Below, in pieces: positions 27,760 through 40,724 of a DNA stretch of 64,000 nucleotides. A model generated the notes under the pieces. The model made no database searches and was not told where the DNA came from. It saw only the letters and a list, made by a program, of their open reading frames with translations. Origin of the DNA: Trichoplax sp. H2 (taxonomy: Eukaryota); contig NOWV01000160.1 in assembly GCA_003344405.1 (NCBI GenBank), forward strand, positions 1-64,000. Direction: 5' to 3'. The translations under genes were made by a program, and so were the position numbers. Positions within the stretch are counted from its first letter, which is position 1. Each line of letters begins with the position of its first letter.

Positions 27760-28306
27760 TGTAATGTACTAACTTTAGGTATTATCGCATTAGCGCAAAC
27801 ACACAAAAGCAATCTTAACCGTACTACTATTACTGACTGACACTGTATATAGTATTACGTCGTACAATCTAGCAATATGGCGTAGTATATAATAAAGTCT
27901 ACCGAGGATTGTACAGCATTCTGCATTAAATTCTACATTGGTAAACTACCTTTACCTTAATGCAATGTCTGAGATAGTTTTAAATTACCTTGATTTCTAA
28001 CTCTGATTCTTCAATAATAGCAGATGATATTGATCATGCAACTTTACCTCGATATGGGGCTGCCGATTTAGTCAACTGAGGATACATGACTAACTAGAGA
28101 AGATTGATGTCAAAGCTGGAATGAACCCTCTTAAAAAGCACTCTCTTCTTGATTATGCTTATCTTAAACTACTAATAATCTTATTACAATTGTAAACAAG
28201 TGCGACGACGCAGGACACCACAATACATACGTTATCTTTGTATAAGATCTACTAAAGTTCCAATTCTATACAAATTTTGGATTTTCATGATCGAACATAT
28301 ATTGCA
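27760..28306 (+). mobile_element. Mosaic solo-LTR-like element with a family-D-type 3' end
   Basis: Starts TGTAATGTA. The last ~75 bp match the D end (ATCTTTGTATAAGAT...TTTGGATTTTCATGATCG...ATATTGCA), but the interior is unlike D. No TSD. Confidence 0.5.
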
Positions 28307-29541
28307 TAGACATGACCAGTGGTAAAATAAAGCGCACAAGCACTTTATAGCAGACGAAATAAACGCAAGTGCAGAGCTCTAGCGCTTTTACATAGCGGAA
28401 AAAATTTATTATAATATTATGAGGTATACAGTAAAAATCCACGGTTAAATTATTAATACTTGACCAAGTATTTAAATTCATATCGGTTGCTAGTTAAATG
28501 CAATGTACGAATTTTCAGAGATTAACTGCAATACATAGCCTTCTAGCACTTAGCGAATCCATAAGGCATTCTAACGTGATATGTGATAAACAAGTTAATA
28601 TTGCATTAGATCCAATTTTAATAATATTATTGCCATGAAGATTTGTGTAATACAGGTAAACATTATTGGTTCATTCACATTTTTTAGCTAATTTAAGAAT
28701 ATTTTTTTTAAGTAATTTCGGTACATTTTATTATCTATTTATAATTCATATGCTATTATTTGGGAATCTTGGCTGATAAATTATAAAGACAGCATATATT
28801 GCGATTTAATTTAGCTGGCCATGAATAAATATGTTGTAAGAAAACAATAAGAATTCAAATCACTGAAATTCTGTGCATGCCATAAAGTTATATGTATTAG
28901 ATACTAGATTTTTTCCTTATAAAACTGTAAAACATTAACGTTTACTTTCAATCCATTTTAAATAATGAAATATAACAGAAAGGCTCCTTATGGAAATCAA
29001 TTCATGATACTGTCATGAGATTATAAATATGTTCTGAGCTATTACCGTAATATCCGACGTATTTAGTAATTTAATCTTCAATTGAACTTTAAAGGCTGCT
29101 TCCAAATTTAATCTAATCGCATATACAAATAATGATAAGATTTTAACCCCTTCCAAAACATTTTTTACGATTACAAGCTAAAAAACAATAAGAGGCGATT
29201 TCTTAAAATTTCTTCATGATTTAAAGAGAGTATGCAATCAGTAGAATCTCAAAATTCCACTAATACTGTTATAAAATCGACTTTGCATCGTATCTGTAAT
29301 AGCTTATATTTTAGTATTCATTATTTAGATCGTACAACCTTGAATGTTGAAAAGCTGAATTTTACTGATATTCAGAAATTCTTAGTCATATATACTTATC
29401 TTTAAATAAATTTGCGTTAGTTAGTATTGCCAATCTTCAATTGTCCGTAATGAATATACATGGACTAGAAGGCATTAAATTAGAATATCGAGTAATATGA
29501 CTATGGTATATTTACCAGCACGAGCAAACTTTAATTGAAAG

Positions 29542-30098
29542 TGTCATGTAACTTAGTATTGTAATTGTAGACTGTTAGCCATGTTTAGTATAATGTACGG
29601 TAGATATTTATCCTAAGAGATATTTGGTAGCTATAACTATACACTGTAGTGGTAGAGACTCTATGCTAGAGTTCATATGACTATATACAGTAAGCTGTTG
29701 AGTTACTAATAAGGCTATAGGTAAAAATAGAACTGTAAATCATATATTGGGATATGGTTAATTCATTGTACTTTGGCTGGTGTGAATAATGTCTACGTAA
29801 TTACTGTAGTCGTATCCATATTGGATTAATGATGGTCCGTAGTAGAACAGTCTTACTAAGAATAATTTAACTATGTGTTATACAGTATAAGGTAAAAGGT
29901 TGCCATGCGGATCGTAGCTGCGAATGCTACGAAAAGTATAAAAGCATGCAACCTTAGATTATTCTGTTAATTCGTTGTAGAAGTCTTTAGTAGTAATATT
30001 CGGCTAGAGTAGAGCTGTGCGTAGTAAATCTTTGTATAAGATTCAATAAAGCCCTTATTTTTCAAAAATTTGGAATTTCGTGATCGGTATATATCACA
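29542..30098 (+). mobile_element. Solo-LTR-like element, family D copy 3
   Basis: TGTCAT...ATCACA, TSD GAAAG/GGAAG, TATAAAA at 29937, AATAAA at 30045. Near-identical to 33522-34072. Confidence 0.9.
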
Positions 30099-30142
30099 GG
30101 AAGCTATCCAGCAAGCTCATACAATAAACGGTATATTTGTAT

Positions 30143-31126
30143 TTAAGATACTTTAATTAGATTTAGAACTTGCTTAGGTTTACTTCTTTTGCAGCGGCAG
30201 GAAATATTTTTAAAAAAATTATATCGAATACTGTCAATAAAGTATGCGTACAATAATGGATTAACAGCTGGATATAAGAAAGCCAAATATTGAAGTGCTT
30301 TGTGTAAGGAGTAGATAATATCATTTGGCTCGGGTTTGATAAAGCCTAATATGGACAACGTATAGACACATACGTAAGGAGCTATCATCACTACAAAAAT
30401 AATTGCCAGCAATCCGATTTGCAAGGATGCCTTTACAGTTCTACTGTTGGGAATTCGTTTAATAACATCAGATATGCCAGAAATAATACGAGTTGTAAAA
30501 ACTTTTCTTCTTTGCGTGTAAAATACATGCAAAATTTTTGAGTAACAAATTACTATAACGGTAGCAGGTAAAATGAATAAAGCAAAAAACTGCCAGCAGT
30601 GATAAATTTTTTTAGCTGGTAAATTATCAGATGAAGTAACGCATCGGTCATGTCGTATTTTCCTATATGTCATCAATGGCATATATCCCATTATAAATGA
30701 CAAAATCCAGCTCGCGCTTAAAAATATGGATAATTTTCTTTTTATAGACTTGTAGAGCTGAAGTGAATTCTTAATAGCAAACCAACGATAGAGGCAAATT
30801 AAGCATTGATGCAAGTTATAATTTAAAAACAGAGAAGCACCGAGAGGGGGTAGCATGGAACAGAAGTATCCAAATTTATAAATATATTTTATCGCAGTCC
30901 ATCGTGGAATAATATACATTCCGCCGAAAAGGATTCCAATAACGAATGTGCTCTCTATTAACATATTTGAAGGACTACGTCGAATGTTTGAAGTTCTTAA
31001 ACTTAAAAGTAAAGCAGAATTGGTAATGACAGTAAAGACACCTATAAAAAGCCATATGCCTTCAGTATATGTAAATTTACAACTCTCTGTCAGAGAGCAG
31101 TTTAGACCGTCCGTGTTGTTGGCCAT
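30143..31126 (-). CDS. Single-exon class A GPCR, 327 aa (YRW in place of DRY)
   Basis: 7TM, NYNLHQCLICLYRW, YPAVNPLLY. Confidence 0.92.
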   Translation of the reverse strand: MANNTDGLNCSLTESCKFTYTEGIWLFIGVFTVITNSALLLSLRTSNIRRSPSNMLIESTFVIGILFGGMYIIPRWTAIKYIYKFGYFCSMLPPLGASLFLNYNLHQCLICLYRWFAIKNSLQLYKSIKRKLSIFLSASWILSFIMGYMPLMTYRKIRHDRCVTSSDNLPAKKIYHCWQFFALFILPATVIVICYSKILHVFYTQRRKVFTTRIISGISDVIKRIPNSRTVKASLQIGLLAIIFVVMIAPYVCVYTLSILGFIKPEPNDIIYSLHKALQYLAFLYPAVNPLLYAYFIDSIRYNFFKNISCRCKRSKPKQVLNLIKVS

Positions 31127-33521
31127 TGCAATAATTTTTTCAGCCTGCTCGCTGACAAAGTATCATGTGGAAAGTAATATATGTGTTCTGTTTCAATTTG
31201 GACACTATAGCACCTTTTATTCGTCTGCTTTTCAATGCTTCTAAAGAAAACTAATTGTTAAATGTATGTATTGACCGGAATCAAATTGTTATTTCTTCTT
31301 TATAAAGTATCATTTTAAACCCATCTAATATCATATGCTTCAAAGTGCCTGCTTTGTTCGATAGGAAGTCTTTAAAATTTAATGATCAATACTTTACTCC
31401 ATGATAATAACTAAGTTTGTAAACATTTTACTTGTTACATTTCAAGGCATTCGTCTAATTTAAATATTATATCACATCATGCCTTCAATCATAAGAATTT
31501 CCGTGTAATAAGGTTGACTATATCTCAGTCTGCTTTACTGCTACAACTGAAAATAAAGTTGGTCTAACTGAATGCAGATAGAAGTCTGCTTTATTACATT
31601 TTATAAAAATTGTAGACTAGTACAAGTTAGTCTAAAAATAGGAAAATAATTCAGTGTTTAATCCAACTCACTACATTCCGATAAGGCGCAAATAGAATAT
31701 CATATTTGGGGATGCATTTCTTTACTGCCATTATTCTATTAGTTGCAGCAAAATTGAATATTAAAAGACGGCCCCTTCTATTCTGCCATCCATCACGTTT
31801 TCATAAATTGTAATTAGCCTTTCAAATAATAAAGTTCTTTTAACAAAATATATATCGTGATATAAACAATGAAATAAAAATGTTCAAGACAGGTATGAAA
31901 ACAATAACTATTATTTTAAATTGACATTACTCGAAAACAAATTACTTCTGCCTAGTGGTACAGTAGTATTACAGATCTGATCGCATATGTGCTTAACCAC
32001 CATTTACAAAACGGTAACATGAGTAGGTATGGTTCAAATACTAGCACTATCTGCTGCATTGCAGCTAAATAATGTTGTTATTCCCGATAACAAATGTAAT
32101 ATTCTGTGTATAAATATTTATTTCGATCTCTATTACGCATAGTTTTATAATAAAAGCTACTAAACTTCAAATTTGGGAGAAATGAGTATTACTGCTTAAA
32201 GAATGTATTGTAATTTCACTGTTATAAGACAACTCAATACGAAGTATCAATAAAGCATAATGTGCTTCTGATCTAGGTATTTGATCATAAAATTTTAATG
32301 CTTATGGCTATGATACTACTCTTAAAAAATTGTTTGATATCTTCGCTAACATTTAATAAATTACAGAAAAGATAAATATACACGAATTATGCACTGTCCT
32401 TACGCTCTAGGTAGCATTTTGTGTCTATATAGAAGAAATTAAAAGTGCAATAAAAATATTTTAACTCGTAAACACCATACGATAAATTAATTACCGATAT
32501 ACAAATTCTTTGAATTACGATATTAGTCAATTAAGTAAATAAATTGAACCTAATTAATAAAGTTTGTTTTACTGAGTTTTAAGCGTTTACGTGTAATAGC
32601 TGCATATTTAAATATATATTACTAGCAGTAAACTCGTTTATAGATCTTTCGATAACAAGGATATTCTGTATCGTTTTAGAAAGGCAGCTGTACGTAAAAT
32701 AGCTTCATAACTATACTCATACACCTGGTACGAAAATTTTAAAAGAGGTGAAAATAGGTAATAAGCTAAGAAATCAAATATTTAATGTAACATATCATTA
32801 GCATGGAAAATGAAACAGTTTCATTCCATTTCCTACCCAAACTACGTCATCCAGTCATTGTTATAGCTTATGCGTAAAGATGCTAGATTTAAGTTCTGCA
32901 ATTAGCTGCTAAAGATCATATCTTTTTATTGGAATTTCATCCTAATCATATTACAATTTATTAACGAATTTCGAGTATGCAAATTGATATTCTTCGTACA
33001 GTTTTTCCCTATTCGTAGAAAATGTAGATGAACTTGCTCCTTAGTTTACGATGTGATTCATTTTACTATGTATTCTATGATAAACGGTGAGAGCAATAGT
33101 CCTTAATATATAATTAACGAAAGACTTTTTTTAACCAGTATGTGATCATAAAATATGGGAATTCAAATAGCATATGGTTAGCAACAGAATTTACTACTTA
33201 AATAAATTACTACATTTTCGGCAGTTTAGATACTAAATTTTTTGCTGCTAATTTGTACTTGCATAAACATAGACCATTATTTCTGTTAATCCATAATAAA
33301 TTCTTATATAGAAATACAACAGTATCGCTAGTTTGGTTTAGTTATAACTAAAAATAAAAACTATTTAGGCTTTTATCAAGTTTTATAAGATATCACGCTA
33401 AATAGTATATGTAACTTAAAGTTTTGCAACTATACAATGCCATGAAGAAAGGCGTTCAGTAGTGATTTAATTCGAATTTCGCAAGGGAAGAGTTTAAATT
33501 GCCCATGGATATGAAAACAGC

Positions 33522-34072
33522 TGTAATGTAACTAGTATTGTGATTGTAGACAGTTAGCCATATGTAGTATAATGTACGGTAGATATTTATCCTAAGAGAT
33601 ATTTGGTAGCTATAACTATACACTGTAGTGGTAGAGACTCTATGCTAGAGTTCATATGACTATATACAGTAAGGTGTTGAGTTACTAATAAGGCTATAGG
33701 TAAAAATAGAACTGTAAATCATATATTGGGATATGGTTAATTCATTGTACTTTGGCTGGTGTGAATAATGTCTAAGTAATTACTGTAGTCGTATCCATAT
33801 TGAATTAATGATGGTCCGTAGTAGAACAGTCTTACTAAGAATAATTTAACTATGTGTAATATAAGGTAAAAGGTTGCCATGCGGATCGTAGCTGCGAATG
33901 CTACGAAAAGTATAAAAGTATGCAACTTTAGATTATTCTGTTAGTTCGATGTAGAAGTCTTTAGTAGTAGTATTCGGCTAGAGTAGAGCTGTGTGTAGTA
34001 AATCTTTGTATAAGATTCAATAAAGCCCTTATTTTTCAAAAATTTGGAATTTCGTGATCGGTATATATCACA
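33522..34072 (+). mobile_element. Solo-LTR-like element, family D copy 4
   Basis: TGTAAT...ATCACA with perfect TSD ACAGC, TATAAAA at 33911, AATAAA at 34019. Confidence 0.92.
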
Positions 34073-34545
34073 ACAGCAAAAGGATGTAATACTATATTTG
34101 ATTTAGCTCTCTCTTGCTACGCAAGTTTAAAAGTTACTTAACACTAAGCAGTGTTGAAGTATTAGCTCTGACCTAATACTATCGTAAAATGCCTAATAAT
34201 TCTCTACTGCAAGCATAAGCGATCTTTCTTTTGTATTGTGAAAGAAAAGAACAGAATTTATTTAAATTTTGCCTAGCTTACGTACTCTTCTGTAGCAGTT
34301 ACTAGTGATAACATTGATGATTTTTTCTAATTATCTAACAAATAAATTTTTTCATAAACCAAATTATTTCTGTAATATATAGCTCTATTGAGGTGGACAA
34401 TTGGACATTTACTGATTACTTATAGATAGCCGGATTTGGCATGTTTTTATTTATGAAATCGTTTTAATATACCGGTGCCCTATAGTCTACTATCATTTCG
34501 GATTATCGTCGCAAGAAAGGGTCATTATTTGATCTTGCAGTCTCG

Positions 34546-35760
34546 TGTAGTAAAGGACTAAAAGTAGAGTCCTTTATAGCTTTTAGTATGTAACTAGTAT
34601 TATTTTACTATAGAAAATACCTAGAAAGTGATAGTGTCTTTAAGTTTTACCCTGCCAAATCATCATGTCGCCGTCTTTTCTTCTTCATTATTTTACAAGG
34701 TATTATATTGATTACTATAGAAGCAGCCCGAGAGCAAATGCTTAATCTAAAGAAAGGGCGTTTGATCGTCTATTCAAATTGTAAGTAAATTTGACATAGT
34801 AACAAATCCCTATCCTTAGAGAAAGGGGATTTATGACATGACAGTAAAGTACTGTAATGTAGTCTATAATCGTACAGTTACAGTACAATCTGACGCTAAA
34901 ACATCAACTGTCAATACTCAGCGATACTAACGTCAGAAAAGTAGTCGTAATAGTCATATAAAATTTTTGATAAGCGATTAGTGTGATCTTTATAAAATCC
35001 GAATTTTTCGGATTCGGATTCCGGAACCGGTCGGATTTATGTCTGATATAATTTTCCTGTTTTAATTTTTGAATTTTTGTTCATGAAAAATATCGTTTTT
35101 TTAAGAGTCGATTTTTGAAATTTGAACTTTTTGCTATGAATTTGAAACTTTGGAATTTTATGATGTGACTGGAAAGTCACGTTAGGAAAGTTAGTTAGGA
35201 AAATAGAAAATAAGATGGAAATTGGCAGAGGTTGTGTAGATTGTTAAGTAGTTAGACTGTTACTTTTATGACTAAATCTTGATGTTTAAAGGTTAATTTT
35301 TAGACTTTTATAATGCATTAATGATAGAAATTATGTTAGAAGTGAAGTTTGATATATATTATAGTTAACTTTTTGGTTTTATAGTATTTTGTAAGGGAAT
35401 CGTAGGGTAAATTGTGTCTGAACTTTGAATGATTTTTGTTTTCTTAAATGGTGCAAAGTAGTTTTCTAAAACGGATCAAGAGCGATTGGTTAGTAAATGT
35501 TTAGTTTTAAATACCTCTGACGGCTCTACGAAGCCTATAAATGATAGTGCAATTAGAAAATTTAGAGGGAGAGTAGAAGAAGATTGTTTGAAGTACTTGT
35601 TGAATTTAAAAGGCCTTTGAGGTTGAATTGTTGTAAGTTAAAACGTAGTTCTTTTTGAAAGGTTGTTTGGTTGTTGACATTTTTTTAGTCTGTCACTTAT
35701 TTTATTAATATTTAAAGTTAAGTTTTTGTAAGATTGTTCGGTTTATACTTCTCCATTTTT
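34546..35760. mobile_element. Truncated long-TIR element (family B): left TIR plus probable internal remnant
   Basis: Starts TGTAGTAAAGGACT. 34546-35096 matches the reverse complement of 1-639. It is followed by a strongly G/T-skewed segment, and the right boundary is approximate. Confidence 0.7.
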
Positions 35761-37148
35761 TTGTAATAAATTGTTGATCAATTATTTCCCCAAATTTTAT
35801 TTAGTGTCAAAGTTTCGTCAAGTCGACCGGAGTGCAACGAAAGCAGAATCAAAGTCTATTAAAGTTTTGCAGCTTGATTTCCACACTTTTCATTCCATTA
35901 CAAATAGCCTATACTTCCTAAAATACTGTAAGTCACAAGGATAAAAGCTAGATAATAAGATGACAATACCAAGGAAATGAGCTGATTAAGTATTAGTTAT
36001 TTTATCTCTACCAAATTCTGTTACAATATTGTATCCTGAAAGTCATTAATAAAGATGGGAAACCATCTTAGTATGAGAACTATAACAAGCTTAATTTACT
36101 TGTGAATAATTTAAATTAGATACTGTAATGTTGACAAGATTAAGTAACATAAATAATGTTGAAATTAGCCTAAGATCTCCTATTATAACAAAGATATCTT
36201 ATCTATCTCGACGATTAAAATAACGCTCTCAATTAATGGATATACGCAATGTAATTAGTTACTATCTATTTCTTATATGGAAAATAGGATGATAATACGC
36301 TGCGTATAGGCGCCAGCAGAAGCTGCTACTGGGCTAATTAAATATATATTTAAAAAGTTATCTTTACTAGGGTAGTTGAAGATATTCTTGTCAGTTGCAT
36401 ATATAATTAGACCTTTTCATAGCTGTTAGCTCTCATCCTCCATTAATATCAGATGCCAACTCAAATTGTCTTAAATTTTAACAATCATCACTGACGTTTT
36501 TGACTGGATTTAAATTTTTTACAGAAACATTATTAAAATTATTTCGCTATAATCTCAGTGCATCAGCAAGTTCTCTTGCTAGAAATGTCAGTTTATTAAG
36601 AATCTTAACTATTCTATGTCATGCCATATATAATTATCGTCTGCAACTAGATTATGAAAGAGTGTACTTGAAAAAGCTTTTTTTCACATAAATTAAAGTA
36701 TATTGTAACAATGAAAAGAAAATCTAAGAGGGAATGATATAACAGATTAAATAAGATTAAGGCACTTAAATTTAATTTTAGGATAACATTTGAAATAAAG
36801 ACTGAATTCCACAGTAATTATAACATTTTGGTGTAAAATAATTCGGTGATTTGATATATCTAGCTGCAGTAATACGATTATCACGGTTAACGAAGCGGAA
36901 AGATTTTATCGCTTACTTTCCTCTTTTCTCTACCGTCAACCTACTCATACCTTTTCTGAAATCTCTATATTGTACATCTTTATGTCATAAACTATGACTT
37001 CATTTATAGAATGCAAATACTTTGAACTTAGAAAACAGTGAATTAACAACGCTCCATAATTAGAATTCTCTAACACGCTCTATTATAGAAAATACTTTGC
37101 TCTCGTATCTGTCATTATAATCTTACTACTGGCAATTTTATCTAGTAT

Positions 37149-38186
37149 TTAACTGTTACTTGTGTAATTTACTAGCACTGTACCACTATTATTTCTTTCT
37201 TGATAGACCGATACTGAATTTTCATTATGAAAACATAATTTTGTTAATATTTTACTCTTTACAGCAGATCGGATACTATCAACAAAGTAGCAGTATAGTA
37301 AAGGATTTACAGCTGGATAGAGGAATGAAACATATCTACTGACTATATGTAAATGGTAGGCAACTATACCAGGTAGTGATGACATCAATCCCAATGATCC
37401 AAATGTAAAGATGAATGTCGACGGCAGCATCAGTACCATAAAAATTATTACCAAAAATCCCATTTGTATAGAGGCCTTAATAGTTTTATTATCAACACTT
37501 CGCTTTGATTGCTGATTTGCAGAGGTAGTCAATGCAAAAGTTTTTGAACGTTGGCGATAGAATTTATGGTATATATTAGCATAGCAAAAGATTATAATGA
37601 TTACGGGCAAAATATTCGTTGCAATAAACGTTATGAAGAGAAAAACATTTTCCGCCGCTTCATCACTCAGGTTCGTACAATTTTCAACTTCTACTATTCG
37701 GTAGGTCATGAAAGGTATGCTTACGAAGAGAAGTGAAAACAACCAAATAGCAGTTATAAAATAGATATAACAGCTTTTATGTATTTTTTTACGATAGCAA
37801 ATTGGCCATTTTACCGCATAGTATCGATCAATACTTATGAAGCACTGATGTAAATTATAACACAGTAGCAATAGACTGCCAAGAGAAGGTAGAAGAAAAC
37901 ATAAACCTGGTATTTCGCTTGTAAAGTATTCTGCTGCCCATTGAGGTAAAATGTAAAATCCTCCAAATAAAATACCAATAAGAAATGAACTATTAAGAAC
38001 TGTAAAAAATAGGTTCTGATTTATGTTCGAGGTAACGGTGCATACAAATATCGAAAAATTAGTAATAACAGTAACTACTCCAATAACTGCCCATATGATA
38101 GCATCAGTTAAGATTTCTGAGACATTTTCTTCGTGATTAGAAGTTTCCGTAGAATTATTTGCCATGCCTTCTGCAAAGTTCACCAT
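37149..38186 (-). CDS. Single-exon class A GPCR, ~345 aa (alternative ATG at 38165, MANNST)
   Basis: 7TM, CYNLHQCFISIDRY, YPAVNPLLY. The ORF-track start at 38285 is TTG, and the first in-frame ATG is at 38186. Confidence 0.9.
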   Translation of the reverse strand: MVNFAEGMANNSTETSNHEENVSEILTDAIIWAVIGVVTVITNFSIFVCTVTSNINQNLFFTVLNSSFLIGILFGGFYILPQWAAEYFTSEIPGLCFLLPSLGSLLLLCYNLHQCFISIDRYYAVKWPICYRKKIHKSCYIYFITAIWLFSLLFVSIPFMTYRIVEVENCTNLSDEAAENVFLFITFIATNILPVIIIIFCYANIYHKFYRQRSKTFALTTSANQQSKRSVDNKTIKASIQMGFLVIIFMVLMLPSTFIFTFGSLGLMSSLPGIVAYHLHIVSRYVSFLYPAVNPLLYCYFVDSIRSAVKSKILTKLCFHNENSVSVYQERNNSGTVLVNYTSNS

Positions 38187-40724
38187 AATGACTGCATCTT
38201 TTGATCGCCAAATTTTCGACAAATTTCTAGATCTACCTACCACCTTGCAAACTGAGTCAGACTTAAAAATTCCTTCTAATTTCAAATTTACAAAGGTGGA
38301 GACATTTGTTCATAGTATGATTTCAAATTGCTTAAGGAGTCTTCTGATAGCTTGAATGATTTATTACTTATCTACATGCTGTAATAGCCTAGAGCATTAT
38401 TTTGTGAAAGGATAAGATCGAGCCATGAATAGCAATATTAAATAGGTTATAGATTCAGCTGCGTATAACTAATAAGTTATGTAAATTGGCCATTATAAAG
38501 TCTACTGTTATAGCCATCGTTATGTTTTCTATCACTGCATCAATAATAAAAGAAAAACTTTGAAAATCCAACTGTATCTTTCGAGCAATCATTTTATTTT
38601 AATGTAGATAGTTCAAATTCAAATCTTAGTAAAAAAACTTAATACTTCATATTTTAAAGCATATCGAAAAATATATCTTAAATTACAGATATATAAATGA
38701 AACTGTCGAATCCCTAACATAGCGATTAAAAATCTGCTCTTAAGTAACAAATAGTTCTTTCCCATTCAGTTGGCAATCACTTGGCGTATAAATTCATGTT
38801 ACTGTAAATCTGGTATTTCTGGTACATTTGCTAGCAATAAAGCATATAGTAGACTGAACAATAGTAAAATTCTAAATTTTTCCAGATTGTAAGTCTGGAT
38901 TACAATTATTATAAATTGTTTGCAACATGAAGTTAGGAAAATAGAATGAGGTAAGGACTATGTGATGCGAAATTATTGATTTAAGCAAAACGTCAATTAC
39001 TTTTCCATACAAGGCAAGAAAAAGGAAACATGCACGGTACGACATTAATTCTGAAAATTCGAAAGTCACTATATTTACTTCTAAACAACCATAGTTATGC
39101 AATGTACAATATCTAAGTATTGATGTTATCCGGAATCAAATTTCCATCTTTGACACTTTAATGCGAGTAAGAATATCAACTACATGCACATAGCTCGGGC
39201 TTTACAAACAATAGTTTTTCGTCCCGTACAACTGATAGAATTTATCAGTTCTTGCTTAGATTTTCACTTACAGTACCATGTGTCGTTATGTGGACAGTGA
39301 TATAACAGAACTGTAGATTAGTTACCAGATGATTGCAATTATTCAGAAGATCTGGTGCAGTAATGCGCATGTAAAGAAACCTAAATATCTGGTATTATGT
39401 ATTACTAACAGTACGGTACAAGCTATAAGTGGGCTGGTATATAAGGTTAAGCCCATAAAATAAAAAGGTATATTCTTTATAGGGATCTATCTATGTGTCA
39501 GTCCGCGTCATCACATTGATTAAAGATATAACAAGTGCAATATCCAATAAGCTCGTATTTTAGTTTCAGTATATCTGAGAAAAAATTGGGCCAAAGCCTT
39601 TTTACTTTAGGGACATTTGTAGGTATACAGAGTAATCATCGTTAATTAGCGAATTTTGGTTGCTTTAACAGTCATTGAAATACAGAAATCAAAAATATGT
39701 ATCAATTTCATAATTTTAAGTAACGCTGCTTTACGCGAAAGACCACAATCTGTTTGTGGCCCTAAGTGTAATGCAAATATTGTAGTTGTTCTACGGATGC
39801 TTTAATAATCCGTTTCAAGCGACATGCAAACATAAAAGAACTATTAAAATTAGCAATACGACAGTAAACAATTGCTTATCACTACTACAGAAATTAATTA
39901 ACAAGATTAATTTGAGGACAGGCATTTCTCAACGAAGAATTGTTTTATCGATTTTACCTACTATACTATTTTCCAGTTTGATATAGTAATAATTCCTTTA
40001 CGAGTAATAGAGCTACGTACCTTCCAAAATAATTTACCTAATCTTTCTAATGCTCTACTTTTTAAAATTATCGCGCAATGCGGACGCATAGGAAAAATAA
40101 CCGATGCAATTGCTGTTACTAACAAAAGTAATCTACCAGAAATATGAGGATTGTTGCAATTACCTGCCATTCTGTGCTACTTTAATAAAGTAAAATCACA
40201 TTAATATACTTATTTTTAATTTACTAGATAGAAAATTGATTAAGCAATCTGTTACAAATTGCTGCATAATAAAATAGTAAGTAACCGAAAATAGTTCTTA
40301 TGTGAATATAAAAATTATGTAAAAAGAAGTTAGCATATAAATAGTAAACAAGATAATAGAATAAATGTCGCGGAACGCACAAAGTTCCGGACGTGAAAGA
40401 GCACAAGCTGAGGATTCATCGTAAAGAACGTAAGAAACCCTGGTCCGGGCTAGAAAAACAAAGTGTAGTGACTGCAATCACAAAATAAGGTATCACTAAA
40501 AAAAGAAAGCATGTCACTGAATCTCTATTATAATATTATGATAGGAATTCTTCATGAAGGATTAGAGGTAACAAAGCCGAAAATTAAAGTTGAATCCTGA
40601 CTATGTATGACATGCTCGTACTACATCCCGATCATAGTACTAAATATTGCAACAAATGATAAACACAGTAAATTTACGTTAAGCTAAATGACGGCTTCTG
40701 TTATATAAAAGAAAAGTGTGCATT

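Noticed and set aside
29542-34072. Full LTR retrotransposon that captured a GPCR gene
   Set aside because: Each repeat has its own TSD, the outer flanks (GAAAG versus ACAGC) do not match, and no PBS or PPT is evident.
38187-38285. N-terminal extension of the 378-aa ORF
   Set aside because: It starts at TTG. A eukaryotic start is more likely the ATG at 38186 or 38165. The same applies to the GTG/TTG starts at 45078, 59624 and 10409.
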